Part shown: in pieces, positions 1-8,304 of the stretch
Layout: every line of letters begins with the position of its first letter
How positions within the stretch are numbered: position 1 is the stretch's first letter
Origin: a virus
IMG/VR virus record: IMGVR_UViG_3300012954_000009
Span: 1 to 64,000 of that record
Length of the DNA: 64,000 nt
Reading direction: 5' to 3' (one strand)
Position numbers and translations under genes: made by a program
Notes under the pieces: model-generated
Databases searched by the model: none
Seen by the model: the letters and a program-made list of their open reading frames with translations, nothing else
What the model was told of the DNA's origin: nothing

Positions 1-2
1 GA

Positions 3-38
3 GAAGAAACTGGATTATTCTGGGTTGAGGCTTTATAA
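3..38 (+). CDS. 3' end of an upstream gene truncated by the window edge (EETGLFWVEAL*)
   Basis: Open frame from the window edge to TAA at 36-38, followed by hairpin-rich intergenic DNA. Confidence 0.4.
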   Translation, partial: EETGLFWVEAL

Positions 39-145
39 GTCTCACCAGAAGCCTGCAATGCAGGTAATGTGTAGACACACTGAGTATTGTTACGCCACAG
101 ATTCCTACACATAATCCTATTCATTTACCAACTGTAAAGAGTTTT

Positions 146-213
146 ATAGAAGATTAGTTAGGTTGTGTACTGTTATTGCAAGATAACTACTACAACCTGG
201 CTAAATCTTTTAT
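146..213 (+). terminator. Long imperfect RNA hairpin (terminator or processing site)
   Basis: ATAGAAGATTAGTTAGGTTGT pairs with ACAACCTGGCTAAATCTTTTAT; inner GTTATT-GCAA-GATAAC with GNRA tetraloop; G-U wobbles fit the + strand; T-rich tail. Confidence 0.6.
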
Positions 214-218
214 TTTTG
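211..218 (+). promoter_or_regulatory. Bacteroidota-type -7 promoter box
   Basis: TATTTTTG matches TAnnTTTG, upstream of the first early genes. Confidence 0.4.
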
Positions 219-270
219 CAGTAAAAATCTTTTTTTAATGTGTGTGTCACGCTATAAAGTAGGCCTCAAA

Positions 271-297
271 CACCACATATTACCACTTATTACCACA
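271..297 (+). repeat. Three 10-bp-phased direct repeats (ACCACWTATT)
   Basis: caccacatat taccacttat taccacat read directly from the sequence. Confidence 0.65.
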
Positions 298-467
298 TCC
301 AATAAAGTTACAGACAGTATAATATATACATAGCTACCATTAGCGTAATTGCACTAAACATAATAACACTAGTGACAATCACCATAGCTTATGTTGTATT
401 GTCTTCTCTCTCTATAGGATAAGAGTAATAGTACCCGCAATATTGCACATCACTTAATATAATAGTT

Positions 468-587
468 ATGAAAACTATAGTCAATAAGATCACAGACCGC
501 ATAACAAGTAGTTATGTAATATCAGTATTAATAATCCTAGGATGGTTTGTATGTATAACTGCATTAGCCACCTTCTTAACATCTTAA
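468..587 (+). CDS. Small single-TM membrane protein, 39 aa (absent from ORF track)
   Basis: MKTIVNKITDRITSSYVISVLIILGWFVCITALATFLTS*; stop lies 2 nt before the next ATG at 590. Confidence 0.6.
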   Translation: MKTIVNKITDRITSSYVISVLIILGWFVCITALATFLTS

Positions 588-589
588 TC

Positions 590-868
590 ATGAATATCAC
601 TATCAATAACCAAGATGCTTTCGTAAGCTATAAAAATGAAATAGGTATATCGTTATATCCTAATGATAACTGTATCCACTTCTTTAATGAAGATGGAGAT
701 CACTTGCGTATAAAGCATGAAGAAGTATCACCTGTTAGAAAAGAGTTCCTAATGGATGAACTAAAAGAAAATATAGAGCTCAGAGAATTAGCACACCATC
801 ATAACCTCATCAACGTATGTAGCTTTGATCGTGTAAGCTATCTTAACTATACTCTTAAACACTGTTAG
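590..868 (+). CDS. Hypothetical early protein
   Basis: ORF track 542..868; ATG 590 preferred because it directly follows the 468..587 ORF. Confidence 0.65.
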   Translation: MNITINNQDAFVSYKNEIGISLYPNDNCIHFFNEDGDHLRIKHEEVSPVRKEFLMDELKENIELRELAHHHNLINVCSFDRVSYLNYTLKHC

Positions 869-894
869 TTAATAACCTTTTAATAATTAAGAAA

Positions 895-1227
895 ATGAAA
901 TCACTATTTAGACAAATAATAAAAATCACATACTGTATAGTATTACCGTTAGTAATGCTATTAGTATTAAGAACTGCAATCAAAGATTGGTCAGATGAAC
1001 TACCAGTAGTAGCTTATGGTATACTCATTGTAGCAACAATAGCTACATTGCTAAACGCTGTATTCTATTTAATCTTTATGCAGAACACTAGAATAATACC
1101 CAAGAAATTAATACCTAAACTATCTGTAGAGAAGTGGAAAGGTGTTGGTCTAGGATTTGGGTTTGAGAAAAGGGGAACAGGAGTACTGCTTGTTCTACCA
1201 TTAATAGTACTAGAACTGTCGTGGTAA
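895..1227 (+). CDS. Hypothetical membrane protein (2 TM helices plus hydrophobic beta-rich C-terminus)
   Basis: Two hydrophobic stretches; A-rich leader. Confidence 0.75.
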   Translation: MKSLFRQIIKITYCIVLPLVMLLVLRTAIKDWSDELPVVAYGILIVATIATLLNAVFYLIFMQNTRIIPKKLIPKLSVEKWKGVGLGFGFEKRGTGVLLVLPLIVLELSW

Positions 1228-1853
1228 ACATAATACATGATATGGTTAGTGGTGCATGGGAGAGAATCGTTGAATGGTTCTCTCCTGCTGTACCTGCAAG
1301 AGAAGAGTTTAAGTCTAAAACTTTAATGAAGTTTGACAATCATAAACTATTTAAAGGCCATTCAGGTAGCATAGCAACATTCCAAGGTAATCTTTGTATA
1401 TATAATCAGTACTATGAAGCGTCAAGCCATCAAAGAGTAGATGGTAATAAGGTTCATATAAAAATACAACAAGAGTTTACCAATCCTAAATGGCTTGAAA
1501 ACAAGATATATAACTTACACAGACTGTTAATAACATTGCAATATGAGAATATGCCTGAAAACAGTAATGAGTTTGTAATGTATCATCAAGGCATGGAGTA
1601 TCATATTAAGCCTCATTATAGTCATGTATGTAAGAAGTATGTGACTGATGTAGATAATATGCTAGGTCATTGGGATAGTATCCAGATCTTTAGAAAGATG
1701 AAAAGACTATACCCAATACTAAGACAGACATTTAAAGACATGACAATAGAAAACTTAGCAGAAATGGTAAGTGAACTACATCATGAGAGTAATAAGACAT
1801 GGATAATACATCCAAATATTTTACATAGTGGTACCAATAATGGTACTACATAA
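1221..1853 (+). CDS. Hypothetical protein
   Basis: 210-aa ORF overlapping the previous stop. Confidence 0.75.
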   Translation: MVNIIHDMVSGAWERIVEWFSPAVPAREEFKSKTLMKFDNHKLFKGHSGSIATFQGNLCIYNQYYEASSHQRVDGNKVHIKIQQEFTNPKWLENKIYNLHRLLITLQYENMPENSNEFVMYHQGMEYHIKPHYSHVCKKYVTDVDNMLGHWDSIQIFRKMKRLYPILRQTFKDMTIENLAEMVSELHHESNKTWIIHPNILHSGTNNGTT

Positions 1854-1932
1854 CAACACCAGTATCTAAAACCATATTATGTGCTAGCATTAAGGCTATG
1901 AAAAAATTTGTTTTGGTTAGGTAGTGGTAACC

Positions 1933-2014
1933 AGTTGATGGCAAAGGTATCAGTATGGGGTCAATTAGACGGGTAAACTATAGTTTACAACCTACTGATC
2001 CTTTGTCGTTGACT
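1933..2014 (+). ncRNA. Candidate structured RNA (long stem closing a three-way junction)
   Basis: AGTTGATGGCAAAGG-T-ATCAGTA pairs with TACTGAT-CCTTTGTCGTTGACT; inner hairpins GTC-AATTA-GAC and GTAAAC-TATA-GTTTAC. Confidence 0.55.
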
Positions 2015-2038
2015 TTAACTTTTAAAACAAAAAAGAAA

Positions 2039-2197
2039 ATGAGAAAATTTATTTATTTATTAATTGCTGTATTCCTATTAGGACCAATTGTAACATCATG
2101 CTCATCCTCAAGAGGCATGTGTAAGAGTAAAAAGAAGTATTATAAACAATCACAAAAGTGTTGGAATGCAAAGAAGCAACGCTATACAAGATGTTAA
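2039..2197 (+). CDS. Small basic lipoprotein, 52 aa
   Basis: MRKFIYLLIAVFLLGPIVTS-C signal peptide II/lipobox; start reassigned from 1955 to ATG 2039 after an A-rich leader. Confidence 0.75.
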   Translation: MRKFIYLLIAVFLLGPIVTSCSSSRGMCKSKKKYYKQSQKCWNAKKQRYTRC

Positions 2198-2209
2198 AAT
2201 CAAAAAACT

Positions 2210-2689
2210 ATGAGTAATAACGTATCAATATCAAGTACTACACTTAAAGAAATACTTAGAAATATTCTCAATCCAGATATAAATGCAACAAACCGTAATA
2301 TAATTATAGATCATTTGTTGTGTGAGTTATCATCAGACTCTGTAGATATGTTAGTATACTTACAATATATCAAGCATGCATTTCAGACATTTGATATAGG
2401 TGATACTGTATTAGTACCTTCTAGTTATCTAGACAGGTCCTCTTACAATATAGATATGCTAGTAGATCTTGGTATATATCATAGTGATCAGTTCTACTAT
2501 GGTATTGTAACCGGTGATTCTAGTTGGCGTAGTCAAGGACAGTACAATAAAGCATCATCAAAGCTAAAGATAGATGTGTATGTCCATGATGATGATGGTA
2601 ATATTGCAAAGAAAAGTGTAGATGTATTACAAACACAACTTTTTAAATCTAATAAACCAATAAACACTGTTATAAATGCCACTGATTAG
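2210..2689 (+). CDS. Hypothetical protein (possible SH3/KOW-like beta domain)
   Basis: 159-aa ORF; FDIGDTVLV resembles the start of a KOW/SH3 fold. Confidence 0.7.
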   Translation: MSNNVSISSTTLKEILRNILNPDINATNRNIIIDHLLCELSSDSVDMLVYLQYIKHAFQTFDIGDTVLVPSSYLDRSSYNIDMLVDLGIYHSDQFYYGIVTGDSSWRSQGQYNKASSKLKIDVYVHDDDGNIAKKSVDVLQTQLFKSNKPINTVINATD

Positions 2690-2885
2690 TATAGAATTAT
2701 TAAATACCCATAGAGAAAGATGGGATGACCTATGTAAAATGTCACACTCTGACCTTGTAGCTCAAGGTTTTGGTGTTTATATGAATATGACTTATTGCTG
2801 GAAAGATGATAAGCTTGCATCAATTAAAGATACAGATAAAGCTTATGAGCACATCAAACAAAAACACGTCAAGAAAGAAGTATAG
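2676..2885 (+). CDS. Hypothetical protein
   Basis: 69-aa ORF with overlapping operon packing. Confidence 0.65.
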   Translation: MPLISIELLNTHRERWDDLCKMSHSDLVAQGFGVYMNMTYCWKDDKLASIKDTDKAYEHIKQKHVKKEV

Positions 2886-3117
2886 ATTTGGTATAGTATC
2901 ATATGATATTATATCTGATCCGGATACATCTCCTAAATGTAAAGCACTATATGCATTATTATCATGCTATGCTGACAAAGAAAGAGTATGTTTTCCAACT
3001 AAATCTAGACTAGCTGATGAACTAGGTGTATCAATTACTACATTAAAAAGATATTTAAAGGAGTTATATGCTAAAAATTATATCAAAAGAGATGGAGTAA
3101 AGATTAAACTTAAATAG
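2845..3117 (+). CDS. Winged helix-turn-helix protein (HTH_36-like, as in phage replication-protein N-termini)
   Basis: KALYALLSCYA..CFPTKSRLADELGVSITTLKRYLKEL..NYI; start 2845 preferred to 2806. Confidence 0.85.
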   Translation: MSTSNKNTSRKKYRFGIVSYDIISDPDTSPKCKALYALLSCYADKERVCFPTKSRLADELGVSITTLKRYLKELYAKNYIKRDGVKIKLK

Positions 3118-3199
3118 TGTTAGCTATATATATGCAATAAAACTGGTGAGCTATTAGAAATTCAAGAGTATAAAACTTTCAGGCTGTATAAAATAATGA

Positions 3200-3207
3200 T
3201 ACATTTG
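3200..3207 (+). promoter_or_regulatory. Bacteroidota-type -7 promoter box
   Basis: TACATTTG just upstream of ATG 3214. Confidence 0.55.
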
Positions 3208-3213
3208 TTTATC

Positions 3214-3480
3214 ATGATTATACAACTAGCCAATGGAAGAATTATAGAATGTTCAGTAGAACAGTATCTTTCATTGACTGATCAAGAAGTCAAAGATCTT
3301 GAAGGCCTAAGCTCACATTATACAAAAGAGGTAGGTAATCCATATTATCACATGTTTCATAAAGGCCGCACAGCAGCTGAAAGAGATATGTTAGATGAAG
3401 AGGAGTATGAACCTCAACTTGATGAGATAACTGCAGTAGAAAAGATGGATGATCCATACTTTCGTGCTGATGATATCTAA
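3214..3480 (+). CDS. Hypothetical acidic protein
   Basis: MIIQLANGRIIECSVEQYL...; start moved from 3196 to 3214, downstream of the promoter box. Confidence 0.75.
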   Translation: MIIQLANGRIIECSVEQYLSLTDQEVKDLEGLSSHYTKEVGNPYYHMFHKGRTAAERDMLDEEEYEPQLDEITAVEKMDDPYFRADDI

Positions 3481-3509
3481 ACTAAACAATAACTTTTAAA
3501 TTTTTTATT

Positions 3510-4085
3510 ATGAGCAAGGTTCAAATTATGCCTGATGAATTAGGCAATGTCGTTAGACAATCAAAAAATAACTCTGAGTATGGTTATGTAAGACTACAAC
3601 AAGATAGAGTTACTTATTCCAACGGAGGTTGGTTAAAGAGATCAAATGTAAGTACGTTACTACACGGTAAAGTAGAAGACTTTGATGCTATAGGTATTAA
3701 AGATCAAACAGAGCTTACAGGTAAGATCATTATTAAAGAACAAACAACACCATTTAGCAACAATGATCCAGATAGAGATCTAAAATATGCAGGTGATACT
3801 GGTATTATATGTTGTGCACATGGTGAACCTATTTATAGGAAAACATTCTTTGTAGCTGATTTAGAAGCTGAAGATGTATTTGTAGCACATACTAATGGTG
3901 ATGCTATTAGAGAAGCTAACGGTACAACTACTAAGACAAGTGCTAATGAAGCTTTAGATAAAGTTATGGCAGATAAAGAAGAGTCTAACCCAAACCAGGT
4001 AGATCTTGAAGATGCTATAGCTGCAGAAGAGTCTGAAGAAGTAATGGAAGAAGTAGATGAAGTAGAAGCAGACTTTGAATTATAA
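3510..4085 (+). CDS. Hypothetical protein, possibly SSB/OB-fold-like, with acidic tail
   Basis: Beta-rich N-domain, long acidic tail ending EADFEL, followed by a strong terminator. Confidence 0.6.
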   Translation: MSKVQIMPDELGNVVRQSKNNSEYGYVRLQQDRVTYSNGGWLKRSNVSTLLHGKVEDFDAIGIKDQTELTGKIIIKEQTTPFSNNDPDRDLKYAGDTGIICCAHGEPIYRKTFFVADLEAEDVFVAHTNGDAIREANGTTTKTSANEALDKVMADKEESNPNQVDLEDAIAAEESEEVMEEVDEVEADFEL

Positions 4086-4111
4086 GATATTAGCGTAAGC
4101 TAAGAGATAAT

Positions 4112-4142
4112 AAGGGACAGTGTAAAAGCTGTCCCTTTTTTT
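4112..4142 (+). terminator. Rho-independent terminator
   Basis: AAGGGACAG-tgtaaaag-CTGTCCCTT followed by a T-run. Confidence 0.9.
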
Positions 4143-4177
4143 ATCACCATATTATTAACCACTTAAATCAAAACATT

Positions 4178-4756
4178 ATGTTATCACTAAAACAACAAAA
4201 AATTCTAAAACAAGAACAAGATATACTAAAACTTAAATTAAGAGAAGAAAGATATGCATATATTGGGATATTATCTGAGTATCAGTTACACCCACCAAGT
4301 TTAATTCAACAATTGGATTACACTAAACTTAATCCTTATCAACATTTTTTGTTTAAACGTGTACTCCACGGTTTAAACATGTATGATAAGACTGAGATTG
4401 AGAAAATGCATTGGGATAAAAAGAGAAGAATAAAAAAAGTTTGGAGGAAAGGTCAAGAGACTATAAATGAGTTCAAACAATACATATGTTATAAGGATGC
4501 TAACAAAATTTTTAGTATCTTTAGCCATAGTCCTTTAGCTAAAGGTTTCCTGGATACACCTTTTGAATATGTACCAGGTATAAGAAACAAGATGACTCTC
4601 AAAGAAGTTAATCTTACCTATGAAGATGTTATCATTAAGTTTATGCAGAAGGGACTATTACCTAAAAACTTTTTATCAATAAAACCACATGGGAATCAGA
4701 AAAGTTTCACAAAAAATGGCCCAAAAAAACAGAGAGTACAGCAAGCTCAGGCGTAA
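4178..4756 (+). CDS. Hypothetical basic protein
   Basis: 192-aa ORF. Confidence 0.75.
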   Translation: MLSLKQQKILKQEQDILKLKLREERYAYIGILSEYQLHPPSLIQQLDYTKLNPYQHFLFKRVLHGLNMYDKTEIEKMHWDKKRRIKKVWRKGQETINEFKQYICYKDANKIFSIFSHSPLAKGFLDTPFEYVPGIRNKMTLKEVNLTYEDVIIKFMQKGLLPKNFLSIKPHGNQKSFTKNGPKKQRVQQAQA

Positions 4757-4958
4757 GTACCTGACTGACAACTCTATATGTAGGGCAAAAATCAATAAAT
4801 GCACTGTCGTAGCTACTGACGTGCATCACATGAGAGGCCGTGGAATCTATCATTTAGATGTAGATACATGGCTTCCCGTGTGTAGAAATTGTCACACTTG
4901 GATTGAGAACAACCCAGTAGATGCTAAGGAATTAGGATACTCTATTAGTAGAGCATAA
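4689..4958 (+). CDS. HNH endonuclease
   Basis: C..C-ATDVHH-RGRG...CRNCHTWIE pattern. Confidence 0.85.
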   Translation: MGIRKVSQKMAQKNREYSKLRRKYLTDNSICRAKINKCTVVATDVHHMRGRGIYHLDVDTWLPVCRNCHTWIENNPVDAKELGYSISRA

Positions 4959-4963
4959 AACCT

Positions 4964-5037
4964 GGTCCCATAGCTCAACTGGATAGAGCAACAGCCTTCT
5001 AAGCTGTAGGTTCTAGGTTCAAATCCTAGTGGGATCA
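4964..5037 (+). tRNA. tRNA-Arg, anticodon TCT
   Basis: Acceptor GGTCCCA/TGGGATC, D-arm GCTC/GAGC, anticodon stem ACAGC/GCTGT with TCT at 4998-5000, T-arm CTAGG-TTCAAAT-CCTAG; no encoded CCA. Confidence 0.97.
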
Positions 5038-5050
5038 CAAAACCAATAAG

Positions 5051-6166
5051 ATGAATAGAGAAGAAGTTCAAAAAAAAGCATTAAGTATATTAGAAGCAAA
5101 TGATAGATGTGGTCTAAGTATATCTATGGGAGTTGGCAAAACTAGAATTGCAATAAAGCATATGCTTGGGCATTTATGTAGTATTGCTCAGTTCTTAGTA
5201 GTTGTACCAAAACATTCTGTGACCCAGTCATGGATAAATGAGTGTAATAAAATGGGCTGCACAGATTTATTAAATCATATAACGTTTGTTACATATAGAT
5301 CTATAAATAAAAAGAATCCAGATGATTATGATTCTGTTTATCTAGATGAGTGTCATAGCTTATTAAATAGCCATAGACCTTTTTTATCTAGATTCAAAGG
5401 TATTATTGTAGGTTTAACAGGCACACCACCTGCAAGAACAGGGAGTGAAAAAGAGATGATGGTTGAACAATTTTGTCCTATTAAATATGAGTTCTCTGTT
5501 GATGATGCAACTGATAGTAATATATTAAATGACTATAGAATAATTGTACATAAATTATCTTTATCAGGGATCAGAGATCTACCAAAGAAAAAGAAAGATG
5601 GTACATACTGGTATAGTTCTGAAAAGAAAGACTATGAGTATGTTACTAAGAGATTCATAGAAGCTATAAAACCAAAAGATAAACAGTTTACTTCTATAAT
5701 GAGGATGAGATCTGTTATGGAGTATAGAACTAAAGAATCTTATGTAAAGTCTTTGATACAAAATATGAAGAGTAAGTGTATTGTATTTGCTAATACACAA
5801 GCACAAGCTGATAGAATATGTACACACAGTTATCATTCTACTAATAATAATTCAGAACGTAATCTTGAATTATTTTCTGATGGTAGAATAGATAAGCTAT
5901 CATGTGTGTTACAATTATCAGAAGGTGTTACAATACCTGGTCTTAAGTCTGGTATCATTATGCATTCATATGCTAATGAAAGAAAGACATCTCAAAGAAT
6001 AGGAAGATTACTTAGACTCAACCCTGTAGAAACTGCTGTATGTCATATACTATGTTATAATGATACAGTAGATAAAAACTGGGTATCTCAAGCATTAAAG
6101 ACATTTGATCAATCTAAGATTAAATATTACAACCCTTTAATAAAGCAATATGAAATGGATATATAA
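5051..6166 (+). CDS. SF2 (DExH, UvsW/ResIII-like) helicase
   Basis: MGVGKT Walker A, LDECH, GLTGTP motif III, QRIGRLLR motif VI. Confidence 0.92.
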   Translation: MNREEVQKKALSILEANDRCGLSISMGVGKTRIAIKHMLGHLCSIAQFLVVVPKHSVTQSWINECNKMGCTDLLNHITFVTYRSINKKNPDDYDSVYLDECHSLLNSHRPFLSRFKGIIVGLTGTPPARTGSEKEMMVEQFCPIKYEFSVDDATDSNILNDYRIIVHKLSLSGIRDLPKKKKDGTYWYSSEKKDYEYVTKRFIEAIKPKDKQFTSIMRMRSVMEYRTKESYVKSLIQNMKSKCIVFANTQAQADRICTHSYHSTNNNSERNLELFSDGRIDKLSCVLQLSEGVTIPGLKSGIIMHSYANERKTSQRIGRLLRLNPVETAVCHILCYNDTVDKNWVSQALKTFDQSKIKYYNPLIKQYEMDI

Positions 6167-6293
6167 ATTAAATAGATGGTTTGATCTTAACTATGGCTGG
6201 TTCTTTGTGAACGGCTATAAAAGAGAAGACTGGAATAAAGAACTAAAACAAAAGTATGGGAAAAATGAAAGAGATATTCATACAGATGCGTGA
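6150..6293 (+). CDS. Small aromatic-rich hypothetical protein, 47 aa (absent from ORF track)
   Basis: MKWIYKLNRWFDLNYGWFFVNGYKREDWNKELKQKYGK...; fills the gap between the helicase and the 6256 ORF. Confidence 0.6.
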   Translation: MKWIYKLNRWFDLNYGWFFVNGYKREDWNKELKQKYGKNERDIHTDA

Positions 6294-6495
6294 AGAAGAG
6301 TGGCAGGGAGATCCAAATGAATATTTAAAACAATATGTTAACAACCAAAAAAAGGATTATGAAATCCACATATCAGAGACGTTATGTCCAAACTGTTTTC
6401 GTACCAATCTACATCAAGTAGGTGAGCATGATTACCATTGTGAAGTTTGTGCATATGATTTTATAAAAGTAGAAAACTCAATTAGATTTAAATAA
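6256..6495 (+). CDS. Zinc-ribbon protein
   Basis: CPNC...CEVC. Confidence 0.8.
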   Translation: MGKMKEIFIQMREEEWQGDPNEYLKQYVNNQKKDYEIHISETLCPNCFRTNLHQVGEHDYHCEVCAYDFIKVENSIRFK

Positions 6496-6560
6496 TGGAA
6501 ATAATAATTAGTGATCCTGGTGATGAACAACCAGGATATCACATCAAAGTTAAGATATGA
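6495..6560 (+). CDS. Micro-ORF, 21 aa (MEIIISDPGDEQPGYHIKVKI)
   Basis: TAATG coupling upstream and ATGA coupling downstream. Confidence 0.5.
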   Translation: MEIIISDPGDEQPGYHIKVKI

Positions 6561-6703
6561 AGTGCTGTATTTGTGAGAAACCAATTACAGACTATGGAAA
6601 TAACCCACAACCTATAAAGAAAGAAGGTAGATGCTGTGATCAGTGTAATATGACAATAGTAATACCTTCTAGAATGAAATACTTACATGACTATGAAGGA
6701 TAA
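6557..6703 (+). CDS. Small zinc-finger protein, 48 aa (absent from ORF track)
   Basis: MKCCICEKPITDYGNNPQPIKKEGRCCDQCNMTIVIPSR. Confidence 0.8.
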   Translation: MKCCICEKPITDYGNNPQPIKKEGRCCDQCNMTIVIPSRMKYLHDYEG

Positions 6704-7076
6704 TTTTTTTGTAAACGCAAGTATAAAAGATGGTGAATTACATTTCCCTATAAAAGCACAGGAGACTAGATATAAGTCATTCTTAAAACAGTTTCCTGAT
6801 GATACCAGGATTGAATTATTTGTTAGTGCAAATAATCAAAAAGGTACTGCTGCTCAGTTAGCTAGAATTCATGCTATGTGTAGAGAAATAGCTAATGAAA
6901 TTGGTTATACTTTTGAAGAAGTAAAATTACAAGTAAAAAGAAAAGCAGGCTTATGCTTTACTAAGAATAATACAGAGTACTGTAAATCATTTGCTACTTG
7001 TGATAAAGAAGAATTAAATTTAGCTATTCAAGCAGCTATGGAAATAGGTGAATATGCAGGTATGCAATTAAGATGA
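6687..7076 (+). CDS. NinB/Orf-like recombination mediator
   Basis: QLARIHAMCREIANEIGYTFEEVK...SFATCDKEEL resembles the NinB family. Confidence 0.6.
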   Translation: MTMKDNFFVNASIKDGELHFPIKAQETRYKSFLKQFPDDTRIELFVSANNQKGTAAQLARIHAMCREIANEIGYTFEEVKLQVKRKAGLCFTKNNTEYCKSFATCDKEELNLAIQAAMEIGEYAGMQLR

Positions 7077-7508
7077 TTCATCTTTGAAGCCAAGCTTCTC
7101 ATTGATGCCTTTTAACATCTCTTGAGCTTTTGTTCTATCACCTGTAGTTATTTCAGTGATCCAATTCTCAACTTCTCCTTGAGTTACATTTGTTTCTTCA
7201 ACCTTTTCAAGACCTTGCTCTTTAGCTTTTTGTCTAAGAAGCATCATCATTGAATAGATTGTCCACATATGTGCCTCAATGGGATTTAATTCAACAGTAC
7301 CAGCTTTTTCATCATGCATTGCTTTATAAACCTTTTCAAATTTTTCAAATAAAGGTTTGATTTCTACAGGATTATCAAGAACTTCAGTAATAAAATATAG
7401 AAAAGTTGATTCAAGTAGTCTTATATATGATGGATGAAGTTCAATATTCTTGATTGGTTTGGTTTGATCATAAACCGGTCTAGTTTTAAGTAATCCTTTG
7501 TCTGACAT
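7068..7508 (-). CDS. Hypothetical protein; lone antisense gene in the early region
   Basis: Start reassigned to MSDKG at 7508, downstream of its own promoter box. Confidence 0.8.
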   Translation of the reverse strand: MSDKGLLKTRPVYDQTKPIKNIELHPSYIRLLESTFLYFITEVLDNPVEIKPLFEKFEKVYKAMHDEKAGTVELNPIEAHMWTIYSMMMLLRQKAKEQGLEKVEETNVTQGEVENWITEITTGDRTKAQEMLKGINEKLGFKDESS

Positions 7509-7525
7509 AATGATTATTTTAAATA

Positions 7526-7533
7526 CAAATATA
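7526..7533 (-). promoter_or_regulatory. Bacteroidota-type -7 promoter box
   Basis: TATATTTG on the - strand, 18 nt upstream of ATG 7508. Confidence 0.65.
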
Positions 7534-7541
7534 TTAAAATT

Positions 7542-8267
7542 ATGCCACAAGTTAAAATAAATATACAAGAAAAGAAAGATAGACTATCTCAAAAGCTAGA
7601 AGGATGGAAAGTTGTACAAGATTTTGTACAATCATCTGCTTTTGATTCTGTTATGCTTAACTTAATATCACAAGTTGAGAATGACAATAGATTTACACCT
7701 AAGTTTAAAGATATATTCAATGCATTTATACATTGTCCATATGATAAGCTTAAAGTTATTTTTGTAGGACAAGATCCTTATCCTCAGCTAGATGTTGCAG
7801 ATGGTATATCTTTTAGTTGTTCTAAAACAATGAAAGAGCAGCCATCATTAAGATATATTTTTGATGAGATTGAACGTACTGTTTATTCACCAAAAATAGA
7901 TAAAGATGAGTCAACTATACTTAGAGAAGGATATAATCCAGATCTAAAAAGATGGTCAAAACAAGGAGTTCTTATGCTTAATACAGCACTTACTGTAGCA
8001 ATAGGTAAGATTGGTTCTCATTATGATATATGGAAACCTTTTGCTTCATACTTATTTACTGAGTTAAATAAAAGAGATGACTTAGTATTTGTATGCTTAG
8101 GTAAAAAAGCAGAACAATGGGAAAGTTATATGAATAATAATCATGTTATAAAAGTAACACACCCAGCATCTGCTGCATATAAAGGTGGTAAGTGGAACTC
8201 ACAGGACCTATTTAATCAAGTCAATAATTACCTAGAATCTATAGACAAATCTTTGATAGTCTGGTAG
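7542..8267 (+). CDS. ung: Uracil-DNA glycosylase family 1
   Basis: GQDPY catalytic motif, QGVLMLN, HPAS. Confidence 0.95.
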   Translation: MPQVKINIQEKKDRLSQKLEGWKVVQDFVQSSAFDSVMLNLISQVENDNRFTPKFKDIFNAFIHCPYDKLKVIFVGQDPYPQLDVADGISFSCSKTMKEQPSLRYIFDEIERTVYSPKIDKDESTILREGYNPDLKRWSKQGVLMLNTALTVAIGKIGSHYDIWKPFASYLFTELNKRDDLVFVCLGKKAEQWESYMNNNHVIKVTHPASAAYKGGKWNSQDLFNQVNNYLESIDKSLIVW

Positions 8268-8304
8268 ATTTTTTGTATTTTTAAAGGCTCAAAAACCAAT
8301 AAAT

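Noticed and set aside
271-297. Direct repeats as a CRISPR array
   Set aside because: 10-bp tandem units without spacers; no cas genes
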